Source: an uncultured delta proteobacterium (GTDB lineage: Bacteria > Desulfobacterota > Binatia > Binatales > Binataceae). From it: a stretch of DNA of 64,000 nucleotides. This document shows positions 1 to 8,564 of the stretch, one piece after another. A model generated the notes under the pieces. That model ran no database searches. It had not been told where the DNA came from and saw only the letters and a program-made list of their open reading frames with translations. The translations under genes and the position numbers were made by a program. Location: positions 384,001 to 448,000 of the forward strand of contig CAWCDG010000003.1 of NCBI GenBank assembly GCA_963794325.1, written 5' to 3'. The stretch's first letter is position 1; every line of letters starts with the position of its first letter.

Positions 1-1
1 C

Positions 2-190
2 GTCGAATGGGAAGACGGGCAAGTGGGCAAGGTGAAGGGCATCGGCGTCGCGCCAAAGTTCTCGCGCACCCCGGGAAAAATCGTACGCGGATCCGTACCG
101 CTCGGCCACGACAACGATCGCATCTATCGCGAGATGCTCGGCGTCAGCGCGGACGAACTCGAATCGCTCCGCCGCGAAAAGGTGATCTAA
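2..190 (+). CDS. CaiB/BaiF class III CoA-transferase, C-terminal part (runs off window start)
   Basis: Own translation: VEWEDGQVGKVKGIGVAPKFSRTPGKIVRGSVPLGHDNDRIYREMLGVSADELESLRREKVI*; PKFSRTPG...PLG..N..IY..LG......L....VI is the typical CoA-transferase III tail. Confidence 0.8.
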   Translation, partial: VEWEDGQVGKVKGIGVAPKFSRTPGKIVRGSVPLGHDNDRIYREMLGVSADELESLRREKVI

Positions 191-1014
191 CTCGCGACTC
201 TCGTCAAGAAGGTCTCGACCGATTTCCCGAATGCCTTCTCGTCCGGATAGCGGCCCAAGTCCAAAATGAAATAGGTCGCGCCTACTTCCTGCTCGGCGGC
301 GACCTTTGCACGTGCCGCGCCGATATCGTCGAGCTTGATTCCGCGCCGCACGACAATCTCGGGAGCGTCGCGTCCAGCGGCGCGCGCACGTGAATTCAAT
401 TCTTCAACTTTTGCTTTAAGTTCTGCCGCGGGCAGCATCGGATGCCAGCCGTCGCCGAACTTCACCACGCGATTCATCGCAGCCGGCCCGCTGCCTCCCA
501 CCCAGATAGGCGGGCGGCGGGGCCTTGGCAGGAACATGAACGACGGGAACTTCACCAACGGGCCTGTGTAGGCGCCCGGCTCGTCAGCGCTGAACAGATG
601 GTGAATCACGCTCAGCGTCTCATTGGTAATCGCGCCGCGCCGGTGAATGTCGACGCCGAGCGCGTCGAACTCCGGCTTCATCCATCCGACGCCGACGCCC
701 AGGATCATTCGCTCGCCCGACAGTTCCTGGATCGTCGCGACCTGCTTCGCGGTCAACACGGCGGGCCGATAAGGAACGACCAGCACTGAAACGCCAAGCC
801 GGATTTTCTCGGTCGCCCCGGCGATGAACGCCAGTGTCGCTAGCACGTCGAGATAACGTCCGCCACTGCCTTCGGTCTGGTCGACAGGGATGCACAAATG
901 ATCCGATACAAAGAGCGCGTCGAAGCCGGCTTGCTCAGCGATTCGTGTGCATGCGCGAATCGTCGCGCGATTGGATTGCGGACCCATGTTGCGGATTGCG
1001 ACGCCAAATTTCAT
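187..1014 (-). CDS. LLM class (probably F420-dependent) oxidoreductase
   Basis: AEQAGFDALFVSDH, LGVSVLVVPYR, LGVGVGWMKPEF, PPIWVGG, GDGWHP motifs; GGAGGAG RBS. Confidence 0.9.
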   Translation of the reverse strand: MKFGVAIRNMGPQSNRATIRACTRIAEQAGFDALFVSDHLCIPVDQTEGSGGRYLDVLATLAFIAGATEKIRLGVSVLVVPYRPAVLTAKQVATIQELSGERMILGVGVGWMKPEFDALGVDIHRRGAITNETLSVIHHLFSADEPGAYTGPLVKFPSFMFLPRPRRPPIWVGGSGPAAMNRVVKFGDGWHPMLPAAELKAKVEELNSRARAAGRDAPEIVVRRGIKLDDIGAARAKVAAEQEVGATYFILDLGRYPDEKAFGKSVETFLTRVAS

Positions 1015-1109
1015 CGCTGACTCCTCCAGCTACATCACGACACTGAAAAGAAGACTGGCAAGCGCGCGCGCATCCAGTCAAACTACTCGGCCACTGGAGG
1101 CGACAACGC

Positions 1110-1742
1110 GTGGGCCGTCCATCCGCGAAGCAACGCAAGCCTTATAACCTCGACGCGATCCTCGACGTGGCGGTGCGCGTGTTTCGCGAGCGCGGCTACG
1201 ACGGCAGCACGCTCGACGACGTCGCGCGCGCCGCGGGAATCACCAAGGCCAGCATCTACTATCACGTCCGCAGCAAGGAAGAGCTGCTGGCGCGCGGCGT
1301 CGGCCGCGCGCTCGACGCGCTGTTCGCGGTGCTCGACGAGCGGCCCGCAAAGCGCGGCCGCGCGGCGGCGCGTCTCAGGTACATCGTGCACCGCACCATC
1401 GAGATCACCGTTGAGCAATTGCCCGAAGTGGCTCTCCTGCTGCGTGTGCGCGGCAATACCCCGGTCGAGCGGCGAATCATGGAACGGCGCCGCGCGTTTG
1501 ACCATCTGATCGCGAGGCTGATGCGCAACGCGCAGCGACAGGGCGATTTGCGCGCCGATATCGAGCCGCGGCTGGCGACGCGTCTGCTCTTCGGAATGCT
1601 TAACTCGATCACTGAATGGTATCGGACCGGCGGCGACCTCGATGCGCCGGAAGTGGCCGAGGCAGTTTTCCGGATTGCGTTCGAGGGAATGGAGCAGGGC
1701 GCTCAACGCCGCATTTTGACAAATCAACCAAATGGTAGGTAA
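1110..1742 (+). CDS. TetR family regulator, PaaR-like
   Basis: HTH (FRERGYDGSTLDDVARAAGITKASIYYHVRSKEEL); LLLRVRGNT.VER...ERRR.FD and LLFGMLNSITEWYR resemble actinobacterial PaaR. Confidence 0.85.
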   Translation: MGRPSAKQRKPYNLDAILDVAVRVFRERGYDGSTLDDVARAAGITKASIYYHVRSKEELLARGVGRALDALFAVLDERPAKRGRAAARLRYIVHRTIEITVEQLPEVALLLRVRGNTPVERRIMERRRAFDHLIARLMRNAQRQGDLRADIEPRLATRLLFGMLNSITEWYRTGGDLDAPEVAEAVFRIAFEGMEQGAQRRILTNQPNGR

Positions 1743-1745
1743 AAT
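1716..1745 (+). promoter_or_regulatory. sigma70-type promoter with a palindromic operator in the spacer
   Basis: TTGACA (1716-1721), 18 nt, TAAAAT (1740-1745); spacer holds CAACCAAATGGTAG (1725-1738). Confidence 0.65.
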
Positions 1746-1760
1746 AGATTCAGGTGTCAT

Positions 1761-2789
1761 ATGCCGATGAGTGAATTCGAAATCCCCGCAGGCGGCCTGG
1801 TCGAGGCGCCAGCCGTCGCCCAGCCGAATATTTTTCCGATCGAATGGCGATGCGAGACGCCTAAGCTCGCCGAGATTTACGAGCGCGCCAAGCGCGAGGG
1901 CTTCAATCCCGCGGATATCAACTGGAGCGAGCTTTTGCCCGAGGCATGGAGCGACGACCAGAAGGTCGCGATCATGTACTGGTGGGCGCTCCTTTCCAAC
2001 TTCGACTCGTCGGGGCCGGCGGTGTTCGCCCGCGCGACGATTCATGCGTGGGAGATGCACGAGGAAGATCCGGTCCGCAAATGTTTCTTCTCGATTACCC
2101 GCGACGAGACCAATCACGAGGAAACCTGCCAGCGCGTTATTCAGCGCCTGGTCCCGAACGGCCCGCAGGGCTTCACTCCCACCAGCGAACTGCAGCGCGT
2201 CGCGCTGAACAATATCGGCTGGCTCTATCATAACGGCGGCCGCTACTGGACCGGTTACAACCGCGCGATCGATCGCTATCCGCTCGCCGTCATCTTCACC
2301 TCGTTCATGATGGGCGAAGTGGCGTCGTCAACGCTGTTCCACGGCATGGCGCATGCCACGACTCATCCGGTGTTCCGCGAAATCTTCACCAAGATCGGTC
2401 GCGACGAAGCACGTCATTTGCAAATCTGCATCAACCTGCTCGAGAAGGAGTGGCCCGGCCTCACCGACGAGCACAAGACCTTCATCACCAAGCAGCTTCG
2501 CGCGGGCTTCGTGTTCCTCTCGATGGTGCTATGGGAGCCGCCCGCACAGTTCTGGGATTTGCCCGGTTACTTTCTGCATAACCACAGGATTCTGTTGCGC
2601 ACCGCGCGCGAGGCGGGACTCGGAATCCTCACCTACGAGCAACAAGCCGACAATTGGCGGCTCGCGATCGCGCGCGTCCGCAAGCTGGTCGAGCGATGGG
2701 ACATCCAGTTCCCCGCGATTCCGGAACTTGATATTGAAGGAGTTGACGTCGGCGATATCACCGCCGAAGACATCATCCCCGTGTTCTAG
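1761..2789 (+). CDS. Ferritin-like diiron protein (putative oxygenase)
   Basis: Two ExxH motifs (DETNH, DEARH), intervening MMGE and upstream NFD. Confidence 0.8.
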   Translation: MPMSEFEIPAGGLVEAPAVAQPNIFPIEWRCETPKLAEIYERAKREGFNPADINWSELLPEAWSDDQKVAIMYWWALLSNFDSSGPAVFARATIHAWEMHEEDPVRKCFFSITRDETNHEETCQRVIQRLVPNGPQGFTPTSELQRVALNNIGWLYHNGGRYWTGYNRAIDRYPLAVIFTSFMMGEVASSTLFHGMAHATTHPVFREIFTKIGRDEARHLQICINLLEKEWPGLTDEHKTFITKQLRAGFVFLSMVLWEPPAQFWDLPGYFLHNHRILLRTAREAGLGILTYEQQADNWRLAIARVRKLVERWDIQFPAIPELDIEGVDVGDITAEDIIPVF

Positions 2790-2810
2790 ATTGATTGTGA
2801 GGCCACGAAT

Positions 2811-3584
2811 ATGAGCGTCGATTTGTCGGTCGAAAGCGGTCTCGCGGAAATCGTTCTCAACCGTCCCGACAAGATGAACGCGTTGAATGACGCGATGGTC
2901 GCCGATCTCAACGGCGCTCTCGATCGCGCGGCGTCGCAAGGTGTGCGCGCCATGATGATTCGCGGCGAGGGGCCGGCATTCTGCGCAGGCCGCGATCTCG
3001 CGGACGCGCATCCAGGCGACGAAGACGCCGAAGCGATAATCGAGACAAGCTTCAATCCGCTGATGAAGCGAATCGTCGCGTTCCCCGCGCCGACCTTCGC
3101 CGCGGTTCAAGGCGCGTGCCTGGGCGCGGGCCTCGGCCTCGCACTCGGATGCGACGTCGTCTACGTCGCCGACGACGCGAAGATCGGATCGCCGTTCGCG
3201 CGAATCGGCGCAGTGCTGGACTCTGGCGGCCATTCGTTTTTCGTCTCGCGGTTGGGAGCGCATCGCGCGCTCGAGCTGATCTACACCGGACGATTGCTGT
3301 CCGGCATCGAAGCCGCGCAGCTCGGCCTTGTCAATCGCAGCATGACCAAGGATTCGCTGGTCGCGGAGACGCGCAAGATCGCGTCGCAGGTTGCGCAAGG
3401 TCCCACCGCAGCGTTCATGATGTCCAAGCATCTGGTGCGCAGGATCGATGAAGAGGCGATGGGCCTGTTCGCAGTTCTGAAGCTTGAAGCTCAAGCCCAA
3501 GGCGCGGCGGGAAGGACCGCGGACTACAAGGAAGGCATCACGGCTTTCCAACAAAAGCGCGCCGCGAAGTTCGTAGGTAAGTAG
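2811..3584 (+). CDS. Enoyl-CoA hydratase/isomerase, PaaG-like
   Basis: LNRPDKMNAL, FCAGRDL, GAGLGLALGCD, FARIGAVLDSGG: PaaG-type Asp present, both ECH Glu absent; TADYKEGITAF. Confidence 0.85.
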   Translation: MSVDLSVESGLAEIVLNRPDKMNALNDAMVADLNGALDRAASQGVRAMMIRGEGPAFCAGRDLADAHPGDEDAEAIIETSFNPLMKRIVAFPAPTFAAVQGACLGAGLGLALGCDVVYVADDAKIGSPFARIGAVLDSGGHSFFVSRLGAHRALELIYTGRLLSGIEAAQLGLVNRSMTKDSLVAETRKIASQVAQGPTAAFMMSKHLVRRIDEEAMGLFAVLKLEAQAQGAAGRTADYKEGITAFQQKRAAKFVGK

Positions 3585-3608
3585 CCAAGTCGAGCGGAGT
3601 AACAGACG

Positions 3609-3866
3609 ATGCAAGAAAAGATCAAAGTTGGATTCCAGGCTTTCGTTTCCGATGGTGGCGAGGAGTTCGGCGCGGTTCGCCAGGTTGCGCCGAACGGACG
3701 GCCCGAGCTGGTTATCTACGTCGAGAACGCCGGCGACTTCACGGTGCCGATCAGCGCCGTCGAGGCAGTGCATTCGGAGAAGGTCGTGCTGAACTGCGCC
3801 AAGCTCGATCGCAAGCTGCGGCATGCGATCGGCCACGCGCACGACAGTGAAAAGCGCGGCGCTTAG
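3609..3866 (+). CDS. Small hypothetical protein (PRC-barrel-like)
   Basis: 85 aa, GGAG RBS, beta-rich pattern (GEEFGAVRQV...FTVPISAVEAV). Confidence 0.65.
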   Translation: MQEKIKVGFQAFVSDGGEEFGAVRQVAPNGRPELVIYVENAGDFTVPISAVEAVHSEKVVLNCAKLDRKLRHAIGHAHDSEKRGA

Positions 3867-5251
3867 CCGGAGACCTGGGATAGAAGATACACAAGTCCCT
3901 CCGACATTGTTGGGTGCGCGAAGATCGCATCGCGCAACGCTGTATAAGGTAGCCGCCCAACCATCGCAGTCTGAACCGCGGCCATCAGCTCGCTCGCCTC
4001 GATACCGAACGCGGTGAAGCCGATGATTTGGTCGCTGTCTTTGCCGATCAGCATCTTCATGAAGCCGCGCGGTTCGGCAATCGTGTGCGTGCGAAGCACA
4101 TTCTCCATCGGCAATTTTGCGATACGGTATTCGATCTTGTCGCGCTTCGCCTCGGACTCGTTGCGCCCGACCCGCGCCAGTTCCGGATCGGTGAACATGC
4201 AGAACGGCACCAGGCGATCCTTCGTGGTTCGATTGCCGCCCTTCAAGTTGTCACGCACCACGCGGAAGTCGTGGTACGCGACGTGTGTGAATTGAGGACT
4301 ACCCGCGCAATCGCCCATCGCCCAAACATTGGCAGCGGTCGTCTCCAGCCGCTCGTTGACCTTGATAAAACCTCGCTCGTCGAGTTCGACGCCGGCTTGC
4401 TCCAATCCGATTCCTTTCGTATTCGGCGTGCGTCCCGTCGCCACGAGAAGATCGGTGCCTTCGATGGTCCGTTCGCCGGGACCGTCTTTTGCGTGAACCC
4501 GAACCTCCTTGCCTGATTGTCCCTCCACCCGGCAGACTTGAGTTCCGAGCAATACCTCGATTCCCTCGTCGCGAAACAGTTCAAGGAGAGCAGCCCCTAC
4601 GTCGGGATCTTCCCGGTCGGCGAGTTGCGCGCCTTGTTCAATCACGGTCACATCCGATCCGAACCGCCGTATCGCCTGCGCCAGTTCAAGCCCGATGTAA
4701 CCTCCGCCGACCACGATGAGGTGACGTGGCAGATGGTCTAGGTCGAGCACCTCGATATGCGTCATCGGGTTAGCTGCGGCGAGTCCGGGAACATTGGGTA
4801 TCGTCGAGCGCGATCCCAGATCCAGGAACACACGTTCGCCAACGACGCGTCGAGTGCCGCCATCGTTGAGCGCGACTTCAACGGTTTTCGGAGCGACGAA
4901 GCGTGCTTCACCCATGATCAGTTCTATTCCGGCGTCCGCGGTACGCTGCGCGTGGAACTGATGCTCCGCTTCGACCATCTTGCGTTTGCGCTGCTGAACG
5001 CCCGCCATGTTGATTCGGAGTTGATCCATCTCGAGTCCGAATTCCGCGCCGCGCCGCGCAATTGACGCCACTCTTGCGGAGTAGGCCACGTTCTTGCTCG
5101 GCAGGCACGCGATATTCGGGCACGAGCCGCCGAGCCATCTCCGCTCGACCATCGCCGTGCGATGGCCCTCACCGGCCATAGTCCAGGCTGTCCACTTGCC
5201 GGCTTCTCCGCTTCCTAGAACCAGAATTTGGTACTTTTCTGCGTCAGGCAT
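3863..5251 (-). CDS. Pyridine nucleotide-disulfide oxidoreductase (Lpd/MerA/RclA-like)
   Basis: GSGEAG, GGSCPNIACLPSK redox motif, GGGYIG, C-terminal HPTMSE. Confidence 0.9.
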   Translation of the reverse strand: MPDAEKYQILVLGSGEAGKWTAWTMAGEGHRTAMVERRWLGGSCPNIACLPSKNVAYSARVASIARRGAEFGLEMDQLRINMAGVQQRKRKMVEAEHQFHAQRTADAGIELIMGEARFVAPKTVEVALNDGGTRRVVGERVFLDLGSRSTIPNVPGLAAANPMTHIEVLDLDHLPRHLIVVGGGYIGLELAQAIRRFGSDVTVIEQGAQLADREDPDVGAALLELFRDEGIEVLLGTQVCRVEGQSGKEVRVHAKDGPGERTIEGTDLLVATGRTPNTKGIGLEQAGVELDERGFIKVNERLETTAANVWAMGDCAGSPQFTHVAYHDFRVVRDNLKGGNRTTKDRLVPFCMFTDPELARVGRNESEAKRDKIEYRIAKLPMENVLRTHTIAEPRGFMKMLIGKDSDQIIGFTAFGIEASELMAAVQTAMVGRLPYTALRDAIFAHPTMSEGLVYLLSQVSG

Positions 5252-5360
5252 TGTCCCATCTCCTTACTAATGATCATGGGTTTGTCTAACTATGAGAGGT
5301 TCTCCATCACCTTTGCCGCATTCACTGTAAAGGCGGTGCATCGTTGTGGAAACTCAGAAA

Positions 5361-5404
5361 CCTAACCCCTAACCCCTTCCCATAGTGGGAAGGGGAACAA
5401 TCGC
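5361..5404. repeat. REP-like family A copy
   Basis: CCTAACCCCTAACCCCTTCCC-ATAGT-GGGAAGGGGAACAATCGC. Confidence 0.9.
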
Positions 5405-5417
5405 ACAGGGGAGTCGG

Positions 5418-6533
5418 TTAGCGGGCGGCGGCTGATGACGGAATCGGAACCGGATCCTTGAGCGGCTCCGTGTTCCACTTCTTGAGTTCGGGCAGCACAT
5501 ACTTCGCGAAGCACTTGATGCTGCGTTCGGCGTCTTCGTACGGCATTCCGCCGAAACTGAAATTGAAGAACACGCCGTTGGCGTCGATCGTGTCGCGGAC
5601 GAACGCGCACTTCTCGATCACCTGGTCGGGCGTGCCCCACGGCATCAGCATCGCGAAGTCGCGCGCGGCAACCTCCGGACCGGTCTTCTTTATGAACTTG
5701 CTTACGTTGCTGTAGAACTCGTAGCCCTTCTTGGTGCCGAAATCCGGCGACGTCATCTCGTAGTGCTTCATGACGGTGTGGTAGTTGGCGGCGATCCATT
5801 TCATCGCGAGCTCTTCGGCGCGGTCCTTGTTTTCATCGACGACGCAGAAGCCGCCGGAAAGCGGCTTGGGTATTGGCGCCGCCCCGTTAACCTCACGCCA
5901 GACCTTGTGATAGACCTCGAAATCCTTCTTGACGGCGTCCCACGGTTTTTGCGGAATCACGAGCAGGCCGACCCCAAGCTTCGCCATTATCGGCATCGAT
6001 TCGGGCGAGACTGCGGCGGCGTAGGTGCGGCCCTTGAATGAGCGCGCGGGGCGCGGACGAATCTCGCGGCGCGGCTGGCGGGTGAATTTGCCGCCTTCCA
6101 TGTAGCCGTTTTCGAGCGCGTTCAAAACCAGCTCAGCGTACTCGACAAACAGGTTGCGGCCTTCGTTCTGATCGATACGGAAGCCGTCGTATTCGATTCG
6201 CGCGAGGCCGCGACCGAGGCCGAGGATCACGCGGCCGTTGGAGACGTGATCGAGCAGCGCGACCTGCTCGGCGACGCGGATGGGATCGTGCCACGGCAGG
6301 ACGACGACGCCCGAGCCGAGCTTTATGTGCGTGGTGCGGCCCGCCATGTACGAGAGGAATTGCAGCACGTCGGGGCACATCGTGTAGTCGTCGAAGTGAT
6401 GCTCGACGCCCCAGATAGAATCGAAGCCCAGCGGCTCGGCCATTTCGGCGAGGCGCAACTCGTTGCGATAAACCTCGGCGTCGGGAAGTGCGTTATCGGG
6501 ATTCTGGAATACTGCGCCATAGCCAACGTGCAT
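5418..6533 (-). CDS. LLM class flavin-dependent oxidoreductase
   Basis: AEPLGFDSIWGVEHHF, PIRVAEQVALLD, LGLGRG; start reassigned to ATG 6533 behind GAGGAGG. Confidence 0.9.
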   Translation of the reverse strand: MHVGYGAVFQNPDNALPDAEVYRNELRLAEMAEPLGFDSIWGVEHHFDDYTMCPDVLQFLSYMAGRTTHIKLGSGVVVLPWHDPIRVAEQVALLDHVSNGRVILGLGRGLARIEYDGFRIDQNEGRNLFVEYAELVLNALENGYMEGGKFTRQPRREIRPRPARSFKGRTYAAAVSPESMPIMAKLGVGLLVIPQKPWDAVKKDFEVYHKVWREVNGAAPIPKPLSGGFCVVDENKDRAEELAMKWIAANYHTVMKHYEMTSPDFGTKKGYEFYSNVSKFIKKTGPEVAARDFAMLMPWGTPDQVIEKCAFVRDTIDANGVFFNFSFGGMPYEDAERSIKCFAKYVLPELKKWNTEPLKDPVPIPSSAAAR

Positions 6534-6644
6534 GATAAGAACCTCCTCGATCGAATCGCCGAGCTTAGGACAGTCATAGATCGGGCAAGTATAGAAGTAC
6601 AGGTCGTCGCGATCGGCTTTTCCCAGTTTCGCGATCGTGCTCAA

Positions 6645-7742
6645 ATGCGCGGTGTGCCCAACGCCGACGCGACCAGAACCGCGAGCAACCCTCAACCTTC
6701 CACCCCGCAAGCTGTGGTGATGGGGCCGACGGCGGCGTCGCTGTTCCTGGTCGTTACGATTGATCCGCGCCCTGAAAGCGTGACAGCAGTCCGCTCGCTC
6801 TGCGCCGACTTAGCCAACCTGCTGCGCGCAGTTGGGTTCCGCGATACCGCGGCAAAGCTTACCTGCGTGATGAGCTTTGGCTCCGCGGCGTGGGATCGGC
6901 TGTTCGGAGAGCCCCGCCCGGCGGAACTCCATCCGTTCCGGGAGATCAGCGCCGGATCGCGGCACGCAGTATCGACGCCGGGCGACGTGCTTTTCCACAT
7001 CCGCGCCGAGCGGACGGATCTCTGTTTCGAACTCGCCACGCAGATCATGTCCGCACTCGGCGACTCGGTTACCGTCGAAGACGAAGTCCACGCCTTCCGC
7101 TATTTTGACAATCGCGATCTGCTCGGCTTCGTGGATGGCACCGAGAACCCGGTCGATAACGAGGCGCTCGAGGCCGCGCTGGTCGGCGAAGACGATCCAG
7201 CCTTTGCCGGCGGCAGTTACGTGATCGTTCAGAAGTATCTGCACGATCTCATGGGATGGAACGCGTTGCAGACCGAAGTCCAGGAGCGGATCATCGGCCG
7301 CACCAAGGTTTCGGATATCGAATTGGACGACACCGTCAAACCGACCTCCGCGCACAACGCGCTTAACACCATCGTTGAAGATGGGGTCGAGAAGAAGATC
7401 TTCCGCGCCAACGGGATCTTCGGCCGCCCGGGACAGACCGAGTTCGGTACGTACTTCATCGGTTACGCGCGCTCGCCGCGGACGATGGAGCAAATGCTCC
7501 AGAACATGTTCGTGGGACAGCCCCCGGGCAATTACGATCGAATACTGGACTTCAGCCGCGCCGTCACCGGCAGTTTGTTCTTCGCGCCGCCGGCATCGTT
7601 CCTCGACAGCGTAACGCCCACCGGCGAAGTGGCAGCGGCCGCACCCGCCGCCAATCAGACCGGCTCTTCGCCAGATACCCCGCTTGCCAGCGACGGCTCG
7701 CTCGGCATCGGCTCACTGAAAGGAGAATCGCGCGATGAATAA
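6645..7742 (+). CDS. dyp: Dye-decolorizing (DyP-type) peroxidase, encapsulin cargo
   Basis: GFVDGTEN, QKYLHDL, proximal His in TSAH, GTYFIGY; C-terminal DGSLGIGSLKG cargo-loading peptide; start approximate. Confidence 0.93.
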   Translation: MRGVPNADATRTASNPQPSTPQAVVMGPTAASLFLVVTIDPRPESVTAVRSLCADLANLLRAVGFRDTAAKLTCVMSFGSAAWDRLFGEPRPAELHPFREISAGSRHAVSTPGDVLFHIRAERTDLCFELATQIMSALGDSVTVEDEVHAFRYFDNRDLLGFVDGTENPVDNEALEAALVGEDDPAFAGGSYVIVQKYLHDLMGWNALQTEVQERIIGRTKVSDIELDDTVKPTSAHNALNTIVEDGVEKKIFRANGIFGRPGQTEFGTYFIGYARSPRTMEQMLQNMFVGQPPGNYDRILDFSRAVTGSLFFAPPASFLDSVTPTGEVAAAAPAANQTGSSPDTPLASDGSLGIGSLKGESRDE

Positions 7743-8544
7743 TCTGCACCGCGAGCTCGCCCCCATCTCGGACGGCGCGTGGGCTCAAATCGAAGAAGAA
7801 GCGCAGCGCACCCTGAAACGCTACCTGGCAGGGCGTCGGGTCGTCGACGTGAAAGGTCCGGGCGGCGTCATGCTGTCTGCGGTCGGTACCGGGCATTTGC
7901 GCGATCTGGCGGCTCCCGGCGACGGCATCATTGCGCGGCAACGTCAGGTCAAGGCGCTGGTCGAACTCCGCGCTCGATTCCAACTCGATCGGCAGGCGAT
8001 CGACGACGTCGATCGCGGCGCAAATGATGCGGACTGGCAGCCGTTGAAAGATGCGGCGAAGCGGATAGCGTTCACCGAAGACCGCGCGATCTTCGACGGG
8101 TACGCCGCCGCCGGAATCGAAGGCATTCGGCAAGGGACCAGCAACAAAATCGCGGCGCTGCCCATAGACCCGGCTCATTATCCCGACGCTGTCGCCGAGG
8201 CGCTGAGCCAGCTGCGCCTCGCCGGCGTCAACGGGCCGTATTCGGTGGTGATGGGCGCCGACGCGTACACGGCGCTGAGCGAGGCCAGCGATCACGGCTA
8301 TCCTGTAATCGAGCACATACAGCGGCTGGTCAACGACGAAATCATTTTCGCTTCCGCGCTCGCTGGAGCGTTCGTATTGACGACGCGCGGCGGCGACTTC
8401 GAACTTCATCTCGGCCAGGACGTCTCGATCGGCTATGCGAGCCACGACGATAAGCACGTCAGCCTGTACCTGCAGGAATCGATGACCTTCTTGCTGTTGA
8501 CGGCTGAAGCCTCGGTCGCGCTCAAGCCCGCATCGCGGAAATAG
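7735..8544 (+). CDS. Family 1 encapsulin shell protein (linocin M18 type)
   Basis: MNNLHRELAPISDGAWAQIEEEA..TLKRYLAGRRVVDV; GGDFELHLGQDVSIGY; 8-nt overlap with dyp. Confidence 0.96.
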   Translation: MNNLHRELAPISDGAWAQIEEEAQRTLKRYLAGRRVVDVKGPGGVMLSAVGTGHLRDLAAPGDGIIARQRQVKALVELRARFQLDRQAIDDVDRGANDADWQPLKDAAKRIAFTEDRAIFDGYAAAGIEGIRQGTSNKIAALPIDPAHYPDAVAEALSQLRLAGVNGPYSVVMGADAYTALSEASDHGYPVIEHIQRLVNDEIIFASALAGAFVLTTRGGDFELHLGQDVSIGYASHDDKHVSLYLQESMTFLLLTAEASVALKPASRK

Positions 8545-8564
8545 CTCCGCGCCTGCCTGCCGTG

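Noticed and set aside
3863-5251. Mercuric reductase MerA
   Set aside because: No C-terminal Cys-Cys pair, no HMA domain and no mer genes nearby
5270-5320. Fluoride riboswitch-like GGTGATGGAG on the minus strand upstream of the oxidoreductase
   Set aside because: The downstream pseudoknot partner (ATGACTCCTAC-like) is absent
6246-6644. Long N-terminal extensions of ORF-track calls (dyp from 6246, LLM from 6710, ligase from 21598, lipoprotein from 14294, DUF1254 from 38229)
   Set aside because: They overlap real divergent genes or repeats; homologous motifs and RBS begin downstream
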